A stretch of 63,367 nt of DNA, counting the filler, from Choristocarpus tenellus KU-1152 (Eukaryota > Protista > Phaeophyceae): the NCBI GenBank assembly GCA_964200185.2. It is 12 parts of 12 records of this genome, joined end to end, with 100 filler letters (N's around TTAATTAATTAA, not from the genome) between each part and the next. Parts side by side here need not be neighbours in the genome. Positions count along the whole stretch, not along the records: positions 22,501 to 36,733 come from CAXNAD020001250.1; positions 36,834 to 45,807 come from CAXNAD020004146.1; 10 more parts are not named here. One strand, 5' to 3'. Below the pieces are notes generated by a model that was not told the origin of the DNA, did not search any database, and saw nothing but the letters and a program-made list of their open reading frames with translations. Positions 26,601 to 38,495 of the stretch are shown here, piece by piece; positions within the stretch are counted from its first letter, which is position 1; each line of letters opens with the position of its first letter. The position numbers and the translations under genes were made by a program.

Positions 26601-28235
26601 CATGATTTGAAACCTATGCCATTGAAATGCCAATATACACAGAACTCATAGGACATGCTTTTGATGGCTCAGGTCGTTTTGGTTATCAGTGCAGAACATT
26701 TCAAGATGAAACATGCTTGGAATACTCTGAGTGTAATTTGATTTCTCCAAGAGTTGCTCGGTCATCTTTTGGTATTCACTAATAAAATACAGCTCAGATT
26801 CGTCAGCTTTGACGTTGTCATTGTTGCCACCTTCCACCATAAGTTCCACCTCACAATCCACCTGCAAAATCTCCTCATCTACTCCCCTTGGATAGCATTC
26901 ATTGGTCTTGCCAATTTTTCCGCATCTTTCAGCTGATGTGGAACAATCTTCAGGTTGAATACATACGCCTCCCTTCGATATCTTGTCCTCTGTTTTGATG
27001 TATTTTGTCATGTCCCTCTAGACACGGGCAACCCGCTTGCCACAATTTATTGGTTCATCCACCCTCAATCCGATCCCAGTTAGGGTCACTGTACCACCCC
27101 AGTCTCATCTGATCTCTCACTTGGGCAATCATTCTCCCCTTTGCATACAAAAAGCTGGCATACTACTTCCCACACTGCCAAAACAACCCTAAGAGCTGAG
27201 GATTGATGGACAGACAGCAGCTAATGTTAAGGTGTGTGGAAGAATAAGGAAGGTTTATGTGTATAAGGAAGGTTTAGGATAGTACCAAGGGTTAGGGTTA
27301 AGACCTGGGCTCAGAGTTAGGGCTTGTGCAAGAGTTATGTTTAGGGATAGGTGGTAGGGCTAGGGATAGTGTTGGTGTTAGGTGTGCTAATAGAGGTTGG
27401 GTTTATGGTTATGACCTGGGTTCAGGTTTGGGGTTTGTGCAAGACTAAGGAACAGTTGTGTTTAATGTTTGAGGTGAGTGTAAGGGTTGGGGTTAGGCTG
27501 AAGTCTTGGGTTTAGGGGAAGGGCTGCAAGTAAGAGCAATAGTGGTGAGGCTTAGGGTTGGGGCATTGATTGGCGTTTGGCATATTGTGGTGGTTTGTTG
27601 TACCATTTTGAGGAGAGTCTTACTTTACACCATGATCGTGATGAAATTGGATATATATATATATATACATATACATATATCTGCAGTCGTGGGTGGGCCA
27701 TTATGATTTTCTCAAGGTTGAGACTCAAAATGGCATTATGTTATTGTCATTTTCGGATTGCTGTTTTTTTCTCATCCTACAGGTCCGGCAGCATGAATGT
27801 TCACTGGATGAAGCTAATACTCTTCCTGGAAATCTTTTCCGCTCAAGTGCGTCCAAGGAAAAATGTCTGGGCTGGAACTTTGAGTTGTAGTGAGAATTGT
27901 ACTGCACTTCATATGTGAATGCTTGAATGTACATACATGTCCTACATTGAAACATCTTAGGCAACACTGAAAAAATAAACTGTTCATGTTTAGGTTAAGT
28001 TCATTGGGCTTCCTTGACGATATAATGTCCAAAGATATTCTGACAGATTACAAAGCACTATGTATACAGATTTAAATATTTTATGCTCACTGTCCACTCA
28101 GCTATTGCTTCACTGACAGATCGATGGGTACTACAGTTAATCAAGATATTGAGAAAATATTTTTATCCAACTAATCGACAAGAATAAAAAAGTTGACCGG
28201 TATAATTGAGTATTATATTTTCAACAATCAATTGA

Positions 28236-28270
<35 letters not shown>

Positions 28271-31200
28271 AGTAAGTACTTAAATAGTCGCATATATATT
28301 AGAATTGATAAATCGATTAATGGAGCAATTGGGTTGGGCGCTATCTTTTATTGGTATACAATTCAATCATTTCATTGATCAAAATTCAATATATAATTTA
28401 ATTTCTTGAGACCCATCATCAAGGGTAGCTATCACCAAAAGAATGTGGCATACATATTTACAACATGGAGATGCCAGAAAATATATTCATGCAACAATAC
28501 TACTCCCAAGTACTCCAGAGTGTATAAAATAGAACATCTATACTAATTCTAATTCATTTTCTATTGCCTGTTTCTTGACCTTCCACAGCTGCTGAGAGAG
28601 GTCAATTCGTCCTTGGGGATATGGCTATGGACGGTGGCTCTGTTCTTGGTGTTTTCCTCCATGAGACTAGGGTACATGAAGCATCCGATTTCAACATTGA
28701 GTCTTAAGAAGGAGTGAAGACATGCCGAGGTTGGGGAGGACAGATTCAGAGGGGTGGGGAGAGGGGAAGGAAGGAGTGGGGGGTGGGGGTTATGTATGTG
28801 TCTGTCAGTTGGTTGACCGAAAGATTCAAAAACATTTTTAGGGTGAGGGTTGAGTTGCTTTGGCCTGGACTCAATGGTTTGTTTTATTGTGTTATGAAAT
28901 GTACATAAATATTATATCTTACATTAATGCTGCGTGCAACACATTGTGGATAATATTCTTTGGGGTGTTACACCTCATTTATTGTGATTCACAATGACCA
29001 TTGACCACTTACCACAGTTCAAAAATCATTTACGACTGTTCAGTGCTTTACCAATCAGTCTGCTTAAATACATAAGGGCCCCCTTCATATTTTACAGCTT
29101 ATGGTTCATTCCCCCCTCCCCCTGTCCTCCACTTCTTCTATTCGAGACACTACAAAGGGAAATTGAAATTAGTCAATACAAATGGGAGGGGGGTGGTGAC
29201 GAGTTAATGTGGCCCCTCTGACGTTTTGGTGACACAATCTTTTTGGAGCACTCAGTCCACAGCTGTGGAGTGTGTTTTGGCTGTTTTTTGGGTACATTAG
29301 GTTTCCAGAAGCATGATATCTCAATCGATACTCTTGTTCAATCATTTTATTTTTCTTAAAGCAACCCCTTAATCTCAAAACTCAAACCTCAATAGAGCCA
29401 AAACATATACCCTTCTCAGTAACTTGACTCAATATATATATATCATACTGAAGTATATATTATTGTTATCCATTGCTGCTATTGTAATCATAGTGGCTTG
29501 TGGCATGCATCGTGGTTAGGTGTATCCATATTTATTATAAACACATAACCCTACACCTTTGGGCTGCCCCGAACAACTTCTGATAAACCCTACTCTAATC
29601 CTAATCCTAGCCCTAACCCCAACCCCAGTAATTCTTGTAGATTGTGCAAGCATGCAGGGTCATTGATGTTTTAATGAGGGTTTCTTATTCTTGAAATGCA
29701 GTGGATTGCAGCAATCTGACAAAGGATGTTTTTACCTAATTCCAGTGCTTTGGGAGCGGTTTCACAAAGATTGAGGTGAAGGGTGAGGTGTAGGGTTAGG
29801 GTTGGGGTTAGGAATAGAATTGCATGTCTATTTTTTGTTTGGTTGATGGTACAGCTAAGATTGAATGATTCATCAATGCATTACAAACTGCCGGAGTATA
29901 CAGAGAGAATAATAGTTCAATGTTATACGATATATCCCCAGCATAAGGTTTCCCCACTCCCAAACATTGCCTTCCCCTCCTATTAATCTATATAAGAAAT
30001 ATTCATATTCTCTAGATGAAATCGGTTTCAGGGCTAGCCTAAAGAATGCCACCAAAGCAAAACTGGAAACCATAAATTATTCTGTCCTTTGACAACTGTG
30101 CCATGAGTAAGTCCTGCCCATGGCTAGGGAGAGGTAGGATTAGAGCTAGGATTATTGTGGTGGTCTAGGAGACTCTTCTCTTGCAAAGAGACTGTGAATG
30201 CAGAGAGTATGATCAATTGTACATTGTACGCCGGGGGGTGGAGGAAGAAGAAATAGAATATGAGCTGCACAACGAGGTGTATCCTTCTCCCACAACAGAG
30301 AACTTTACGGAAGAGAAGGGTAGAGTAGAGCCACAGTGGCAACAAGTGTCATCTACAATTTTTTGTTGATAAATTTCTTTGGCTGCTGGATTTTACTAAG
30401 CTACATCAATGTTTATTTTGCCCTGCTGTTCCATTGCACAGCATTTTGTTCTTTGTACAGTACCTGAGCTACACTCTTATGTTCTATTCATGAAGCTTTC
30501 TCACCTAGGTCTCCATTGCCAGCCTGCTCCTCGGGTTGTTGTGTATACACTTGGTAGAGATAGCCTGTGTCAAGAAAAATTGTAGAGATATACCACAACA
30601 ACAAGGGAAAGGAGTGAAAAGGTGCTGTGTGAGATCAAGGAATTAGAGCAGAGTTCACAATTTAGTTTCCTGAGAATGCTTCCTGGCGATATTTCCTTCC
30701 TCCAGATTCAAACGGACCGAGAGGTAGGCAGGGTTGCATTGTAAGGATTCTGAGAAAGGGCGAAAATCTGTCATTTCACACAATTTCAAAAAGACCCTTC
30801 GCTGAATTGTGGTATTAAAGTGTGCGCAAAGAGAGATAATATCATTTTGCTTACACTGTTGTGCACATCTAGCAATGAAATATAGTGTGTTGAACTTAGT
30901 AAGAATGAAGTCTTGGAATGCAATAGGGTCCAAACTTGCCCACCTCTCAACTGGTTTGATTCTCCGTATCTATGTCCTCGTGTTTTCTTCTTGGTATGGC
31001 TAAAGAAAATAAAAATACCCAACCAGTACTTGCTGCCGGACAGCATCCCCCGCATACATCTCCCTAAACGTTAAGCAACACAGAAAGGTAGTACATTGAT
31101 CCATTATACCATCACCACAAAAACTCAACGAAATCGCATAGCCATGCAGTCAATCTTGCAGTTACTGCTGTACCTACCCAGAGGAACTGCAATCATCTCG

Positions 31201-31744
31201 ACCATCCTCCCCTTTGCCGCGCCTCCTTCCCGCAGGGATGTTCCCCGAAGAAACAGAAGTGACCAGGTTTCCCCGCTCTGACGATGCCCCTTCACACTCT
31301 TCGGGTAGAGAGTTTGAGGCGGGGACTTGAGATACCTTGTGATAATTTTCTCCTAGAGAAAGGAGTGCCTCATTGCTTGTGGACCCCACCTGCGCAACAT
31401 CCTTGACCTGGGTTGTAGATTGATGTTCTTCAGGCAGGGTTAGCAGTAGGGCAAGTCTACCACATGACGCCCAAGTGTGGAACGCCTACTACTTCTGCGC
31501 TGAAGATATCTCATCACCAACATCACAAGTTTTAGAGTCACTGGGTTCACTCTCGTGCACCGAGGTCGTGTTAAATAGTACAGCTCCAACAAGATGACCT
31601 CGATTCCAGAACACAACTCTGGATGGAGTAAGCAACGATGGTGTGGAGTAGAGATACCAGCGGCAGTGGTCGCACCTCAACAGTGGGGAAAATCTTGTCT
31701 TCTCCTTGATGCAACATATCCTCCATGTTCATGGTACCTGTCAT
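23620..31744 (-). CDS. Probable multi-exon hypothetical gene, divergent from the TauE gene; structure tentative
   Basis: Short open, splice-flanked minus-strand segments: MTGTMNMEDMLHQGEDKIFPTVE; VKDVAQVGSTSNE..(about 31180-31407); GDVCGDAVRQQVLV; RRVFLKLCEMTDF..; about 28580-28665; 26646-27011; about 25640-25805; QAEKEVLRNQMG..(about 23620-23748). No domain recognised. Confidence 0.4.
23865..24012 (+). repeat. Degenerate (GTTGT)n simple repeat
   Basis: gttgtgtgttgtgttgtgttgtgtg... Confidence 0.6.
24835..25035 (+). repeat. Degenerate minisatellite with a unit of about 30 bp
   Basis: Units such as agctaatgaatgacttgcgtactgcattg and agctgattgaattacttgtacgctgcatttg. Confidence 0.45.
26221..26478 (-). 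mobile_element. MITE family A, full copy
   Basis: Same TIRs; flanks taat/taac. Confidence 0.92.
27288..27565 (+). repeat. Degenerate telomere-like (GGGTTA)n tract
   Basis: agggttagggtta, ttagggctt, ggttggggttagg, cttagggttgggg. Confidence 0.6.
28240..28268. repeat. (AT)n microsatellite
   Basis: atatatatat... Confidence 0.9.
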
Positions 31745-32032
31745 GGAGCAATGGTCTACGTTCACGTTACTAAATTTGGATGGTATATAATGTTTATGGA
31801 GGCGCTTCTCATATTTCTGTGATAAATGTTACGTCTTATAAACTTTCATTTTGTTTTGGTTGTTTCAAACAGTTTCACGAAGAGGCGTTTTTCTGGAAAT
31901 AACTCAAACATCAACAAATACAAATCAAACCTAGAAAACATTTTAAAATTCCCCGCTACTTATAATAATAAGAGTATACAACAGCAAATCCTGGTGATGA
32001 CATACATCTGTACTGGCAAACAAGACCCCTAG

Positions 32033-35000
32033 ATGGTTTTGGTTGTGCAAAGAGTGGCCTGCTCGACGAAACAACGGCTCGTCTGGTTTTCCACCAATGG
32101 ATGTCCCTCACCTGGCTTGGTTAGAGGTTTATCATCGAGTTTCAACCGAGATACGGCTAAAGATGGTGGGAAGGCCTTGGCCATTGGAGGAACAGCTGGT
32201 CTTCTAGGTTCCTTGGTAGGACTAGGTGGAGGATTCATTGCTATCCCAGCCCTTACCGGATTACTAAGACTTAATCAGGTCAGAGCATTGTTTTGTCTCG
32301 CGTAAAAGGGAGAGATATTGCAACTGTCTACTTGTCTTGCTCCCAACTCACTGCGATGCGTGCTCGGGCAGTGTCTCATCCTTTGGACTAGAAGAAATCT
32401 GTGCTTCCAAGTCGAATACACAGCTTATTTTCCCTGGTGACCCATTGTATTGCTGCAACCCACCGAAGGCTTTGGCTCCTGCTTTTGGTATGTCTTTGTA
32501 AACTTTGCAAACCAATTCAATTCTTCAACTACCACCCCATTCTGTTATCACCATTGTCCAGCTGAATGATGCATATTCCCCCTCTCACTATGCGGCCTTC
32601 CTCTCTCGACGAATAATCCAAATAAGAAGATGTAAATGTTGAGTCTGCCACACTTTCGTCGAATGTAAGCGTGATAGGTTGACTCCCAGAGGTACGTCGA
32701 TTAGGTCAACTTTTGTTGACATCTGACGTTGGAACCCCGACACCTTGCAATCGTTCCTATTACACTGGTTATCTTGCAGATTGTCAATTTTTTTAGTCTA
32801 TACGAGGTTCTTAACACAGCAACTAAAGAAGCACCACCGCTGAACATCCTTTAAATATCCTCACTGTCACCATACTATATATCGCAACAATGACGCAATC
32901 GCAACAATGACTAAACATGGTTGGCTACGCGAAGTAATGGTACCTTGGTTGAAGACTCCACCTGTGCTAAGATAAATTGCCTCTTTCCAGAAATGTGTCA
33001 CATTGTATGTTCTATGCACCGTGTACAAGTAGGACCGAAAAGGTATTCAAGGAGACGGTGCATGGCGAGTGGAAGGCACAGACCAGTTTTTTTTTTTTCT
33101 TAATTGTCAAAGCGGTGGCAAAAATACCTCATGAGATGACAATATTTTGATAGAGGAAGTTGATATAACAGAGACAGGTTGGGGTTAGCACTTTGTTTAA
33201 GCTCTTAAACAGGAATCGACAAGTACTCCAGAGATGTAATTCGCAAGAAATAATACTAGCAAGAACATATACTTCTCAAAAACATGAAAATAGGATAGGA
33301 TAAACTCTGTATTTTAATCGACCAATCAGGTTGTAGACTCCTTTTTGTATTGATATGTATGTGTCCTCTAATCTTGACGTATAGCCCTGACCCTAACCTC
33401 AACTCTACACCAACAGTGCCCAAGATCAATGTTTCTGTCACTATTAGTATAATAATTACAACATAGAGCACCAGCCCAGGGGTTGCCACAGGCCATACAT
33501 TACCACTGGCAATCTCCTGAATACAACCTTGCAAGCACTGAGTATCACCGCAGAAGTATTGGGTACCATGAGCACTTTTCTTTCTGCTTCCTAGCGCTTT
33601 TTTTTAAGCATGGCGTTGAAAAATTCAAGATGAAAGCCACCTTTTTTTTTATTGTCCTAACCCTAACCCTGTGAAACGCATCCCTAATCCCTAACCCTAA
33701 CCCTAACCCTAAAAGTAGTATCGGATTTCTTGTTGGAAAATCTGAGGTCAGTCTGGCATACTGGAGCCTTGTTTGTTTACTTGCTTACATTCTTCTATTT
33801 GGTGCCGTGTTGTTCTAATGTGTTAGTTGGAATTGGTCCACCTGGAGAGGCGTTTGTAGTTGTACCACTCTTCTTTTTTTGCAGTTTCATTTTGTATAGG
33901 TTATACCTAGGGTTAGGGGCAGGACTTGATGCTAGGGGAGGTGCTGCAGTGGGCTGGAGTTTGAAGTGGTCTTTATAATAGACTAGGATTCATGGTGGTC
34001 ACAGAAACCACTTGTCAACAAGTGTACTGTAAACATACACAAAAATTAAATGTCTTTGATTTGCAAAAAATTAGAAATTAATTGAATGGGAAATATGCCA
34101 CTCTATTTATCACTGTATTATTTTACTGCTACATCAAGAGGAGCACTTGCATGTCACAGTTATATCAATAGATCAATCAGGGGTAGAATTGAAATTGTGC
34201 AGGATATGACTTCCAGGAGAATGCACAGGAAATTGAAGAATTCAATTTCCATTGCATTCTCATGGGAGTCATATATCCTGCACAACTCTAACCCTTATTG
34301 CTATATCTCGTAGAAGTGCTCTAGAGGTCCTCAGCACCTTTATTAGAGGTCTAGATGAACTGAGGTTTGAGTTGTACACCTATTTGATATTGCTCCAGAG
34401 CCAGCTAGCATGACTCTAGGTCTCCTCCAAACCCGGTAGTAAAGCCCCAGAGATCTAGTAGGTTAGGGCTATTGAAAGATTGAAAGAGCTGCAGAGTCCG
34501 TCTACAATATGAATATAGCTCTAGGTGTACAGAGGGTGGGTGATGTTAATTGAGCTCTAGACAGGTGTAGGGTTAGGGTTTTTGGTAGAGCTGTAGCAGT
34601 CATTGGACACTTGGGTGTGTAGGTAAGTTCTGTGTGTGACTCTTTCTCCAGACCAGTGTAAATTAGATCATAAAATATTTCGCTAACATTTCTATTGTTT
34701 TTATATTACATATTTGTTTTTACTTTTGCTGCAGCAGATTATTTTTATTTTATATATTGCTTCCAGAACTATTTTGAGTATCACTATTGTTACTATACTA
34801 TTTCACTATCTCCATCTTCCACTTGTCTGAGACATGTCACGTAACCCTAACACAAAGTCTAACACAGCAAAGCTGAAAAAATAAATAAATGAGAAGAACA
34901 ATAAGAAATAAAATCTATTTTCGAAAAACAATTTCACGTCCACTGGAGAAGAATTGTCCTTGACCACAACAAGAACAAGCAAATGACTAAAAAAAGATAG

Positions 35001-36733
35001 ATTTTCCAAATGCGCATTTCTTTTCCAAAGTTTTTTCCATCAAAGACTGTTAGGAATATCAAAGTCTTTCATTGCACTCGATTGGAATCTTAGATTCAAT
35101 TTTCACCAAAGGCAACCGATATCAAAAGTCTATTTGATTCATATTTTCTGCATATTTTCCGCTAGGGTAGGGGTTCAGGGCTACAGGGTTAGTTCACTGC
35201 TAGAATTTCCTCTCATAGCTCATTGTTTTGTGCACTGCGAGCTTGTGTTGGTTCTAATTGAGCATGCTATTGAAAAAAGAAGTTTTTTATCAATTTTATC
35301 TGATTTTTTAATGTTAGGTTAAGGGTTAGGAATTCCTAGGGTTGATAAGAAAATAGTGCTGTGACTTGAAAGAAAGAAGTGATGATGTGACCGTGAATCT
35401 CCTTGAATCAATCCGATCTTTGTTTTTTTTGGTACTTCATCAAGTTGAAGTAAGAGTGATAATGTTTTTTTTTATAGTGATAATATTTATTTTGATAATG
35501 ATAATATTCATTTTGATAGTGATAATATTTATTTTGATAGTCATAATATTTATTTTGATAGTCATAATATTTATTTTGATAGTCATAGTATTCACAGTGT
35601 CGTAATGCATATATCGAAATATTACTACTATCTGTGGTGATGATAACACCAAGTGAAATTAGTTGCATATATCGAAATATTACTACTATCTGTGGTGATC
35701 ATAACACCAAGTGAAATTAGTTGAATATATAAAAATATTTTAACGCACAGCTGTATACAAAAAACAGAAAATAAGTGGTTGAGGCCATTTCCTGCTGTGA
35801 AGAAAGAGTTGCCTTGATTTAAAAAAAAAATGAATGCAGGCATATGGTGTGATTGTGGTCTATGTTGCTGATTTTGATTTGACATTGGGGAGCAAGTAAA
35901 TTTATTTGGGTGTAAACTATTGCTTTCTTTTGTTTGGATATCCAGTGTAGAGAGATATTTATGTGGCAAATTTCAAGTGAAATTAACAATAAAATACTCC
36001 CTATTTTTGTTTGAAATTTGCTTTTATGTGTAGGTCTAGGGTGAATACCCTCAAAAATGAGAGCATTCAGCTTTTGAATGACTAGTCAGACATGGAAAAA
36101 GAAATAGCTTTTTAGTCATTTGCTTTCTAATGGACATCAAATCAAGAACTAGAACACATATCAGCCACATATTGTCCCATAAGAAATGACACCATATGCC
36201 TATTTTCAAATGCAGCTACATTTTAATCTACAGAACGACCTAATGGAAGGATTTCAATTGTGATCTAGATTAGTTTTTGATTGTATTGGGTTTTCTATTG
36301 GGTTGTTGCAATTCACAAGAGAACAAGAACAAGGACACTTGTAGGAAAGAAGTGGCAGTTGGTGTGATCCAAGACTGTCCTCTTGGTTGTGACTTTCTCA
36401 CACAAGAGCATCTTTGTTGTGACTTTCTTTCAAGAAAATCATGTTGTTAGAACCCAAAACATTTTTTTTCTGGCCATTTCTCAAGAATTGCAACAGTAGT
36501 AGCATTGATTGGTGGGATTTAAGTTGGGTTTTTTTTAACAGCCTTGCAAGTAGTATCGGTTTGAATTTCAAATTGATGTTTTACAGTTTCACCAACTGCC
36601 ACACTACACATGTGTCCATATGCCGTTTCATCCTGACAGCATCAGGCACACGGGACCTCGCTTGGTGCCGTTCTTGCAACTGGTGCAGCGGGGTCTGCAG
36701 CGTATGCGCTGACAGGGGAGGTGGACTATGAAG
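32033..36733 (+). CDS. TauE/SafE sulfite exporter family protein, 5' partial. Exon 1 32033-32278, exon 2 36640-36733 (runs into a gap).
   Basis: GGTAGLLGSLVGLGGGFIAIPAL..LNQ splices in phase 0 (cag|gt...cag|cat) to HQAHGTSLGAVLATGAAGSAAYALTGEVDYE, giving the typical TauE G.GGG...P / A.GTS signature. Confidence 0.85.
33656..33712 (+). repeat. Interstitial telomeric repeat (CCCTAA)n
   Basis: Four perfect CCCTAA units at 33689-33712 plus flanking units. Confidence 0.85.
35460..35590 (+). repeat. 21-bp tandem repeat, about 6 copies
   Basis: ataatatttattttgatagt(c/g) units. Confidence 0.9.
35607..35724 (+). repeat. 58-bp tandem duplication
   Basis: gcatatatcgaaatattactactatctgtggtgat.ataacaccaagtgaaattagtt twice (35607, 35665). 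Confidence 0.9.
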
Positions 36734-36833
36734 NNNNNNNNNNNNNNNNNNNNNNNNNNNNNNNNNNNNNNNNNNNNTTAATTAATTAANNNNNNNNNNN
36801 NNNNNNNNNNNNNNNNNNNNNNNNNNNNNNNNN

Positions 36834-36903
36834 CAAAAAATCGCGACATGAAAAAATTGACCCCAAATGGACAGCCGCTACCCCCTCCCAGATACTTTGA
36901 GCC
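36834..36903 (+). mobile_element. MITE family C right end, truncated by a gap
   Basis: ccccaaatggacagccgctacccccctcccagatactttgagcc. Confidence 0.85.
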
Positions 36904-37351
36904 TCAAGATTTGCAAACGCGAAGGTGTAGGGGCCCCCTAGATGGTGGTAATACGAAAGCCTGTGAACTCCACTGCCGTGCCCCCATTTGCCCAGAAGAA
37001 GTATCCAGGGAAGATTCTTTGTCGGTGGGCTGGAAGGAACCTCACAGATTCTTGGCATTCTTCCCTATCTTCTCGACCACCTATTCATAGGGCTTAGGCT
37101 AGGAGCATAGCAGTGTGGACATCTGTTTGCAGGGAACAATCACAGAGGTGACATTACTATATGTTGTAGTGGTTTACATCATTCAGATCAATATAGGGGA
37201 TATGCGCACATGCTAGAAAATACACTACTGACCGTGGCAATGGGCTCGCCCACCTGGTGAAATGATATCCTCCCACAGGATGAATTAGAGTGAGGGGTGG
37301 TCACCACCAGGTTCCTTGTGATTAGTAGTAGGCCATATTGAACATGTCAAT

Positions 37352-37536
37352 GGCTCAACGTACCTGGGGGGGGATGGCGGCCGTCCATTTGAACCCAATT
37401 TTTCATGTCACGACTTTTGGGTGATTTGGTTCCATATATATGTTGGATGGATAATGAAAGTGCCCTTTTCCTGATTTTGGTACAAATAAATGGACACTCT
37501 GGTGTAGACCCCCCGCCCTCCCAGATACTTTGGGTC
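37352..37536 (-). mobile_element. MITE family C, full copy
   Basis: ggctcaacgtacctgggg...cagatactttgggtc; (c)aat duplicated at both ends. Confidence 0.88.
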
Positions 37537-38495
37537 AATGCCAGTGGGTCAAAACGGAAAATCTTGTATATGGTCGTCAATATAGTCTGACAGGTGAACA
37601 CAATTTGCTAGAACAAATTGGCAACTATGCCATCAATAAGACTTCATCCCTTGGTAATTTAGCCAACATTTTTTATAGTAGTGCATCCACTCATCACCAT
37701 TGCTATTAGCACCTCTAAAAACATGCTTTCGAGATTTGCTAGCGAGAGTTCTTACCTTTCACACTTGCTAAAATGATAATGTTTTACAGCACCTAGAAAA
37801 TTGCACCTGGTTCTTACGCCTTCTCACGAACTTCCATGTTCTGACTGTTATCCATTTCTTGATAATATGTTTGAAACGACAAGTATGGTACCAGAGGCTT
37901 TTGTGGTTTTGGTCTTTGTATCCCTGCCTTCACACATTAACCTCGACAACTTCGCGGTAAAAACTTTCTGACATCTTTGCATACAGGAAAGCTATTTCTG
38001 GATGAGTTAGGTACTCACATTGTATGCGGTAGGGGGGGGGGGGGGTTAAAGAGAGAGGGAGCGGCAAAAAAATAAAATAAGATTACTTCAGTCCCTGCTC
38101 AAGTGGCTACTCTATCTTCGGTAAAGTCTTGCGCTTTAAATTAGAGACTCGAGGTCAATGGGAGTAGGAGAGGAGTGGACAGAATAATATGAAATATAAT
38201 CTTAATGTCGATGTACAAGGGAAAGGGATTCTTCTCTTGATTCTCGTTTTCCTTCAAATTTCTTGATTGTTGTCTTTTGTTTTCTTGTCCGTTATTGTTA
38301 CTATTTATTATTTTGTTGCCTTCTGCTTCAAATTTCTTGTTTTTTATCCATCACAAAAATAATATATAAAAGTTTCTATTACTCAAACTGCGCGCCAAGT
38401 GATCGCGAAATATTTTTTTGGTTTTTGATATCGAAGCATGTGGTGTCCTCCTCCTCTCATCCCCACGAACCCTATCCAAACTTCTGGTACCTACC

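Noticed and set aside
33689-33712. True chromosome end
   Set aside because: Only four perfect units, inside an intron
35366-35668. ORFs with YYDYQNK or IIFILIV repeats, or a CRISPR-like array
   Set aside because: Products of a 21-bp intronic tandem repeat with no unique spacers; no cas genes
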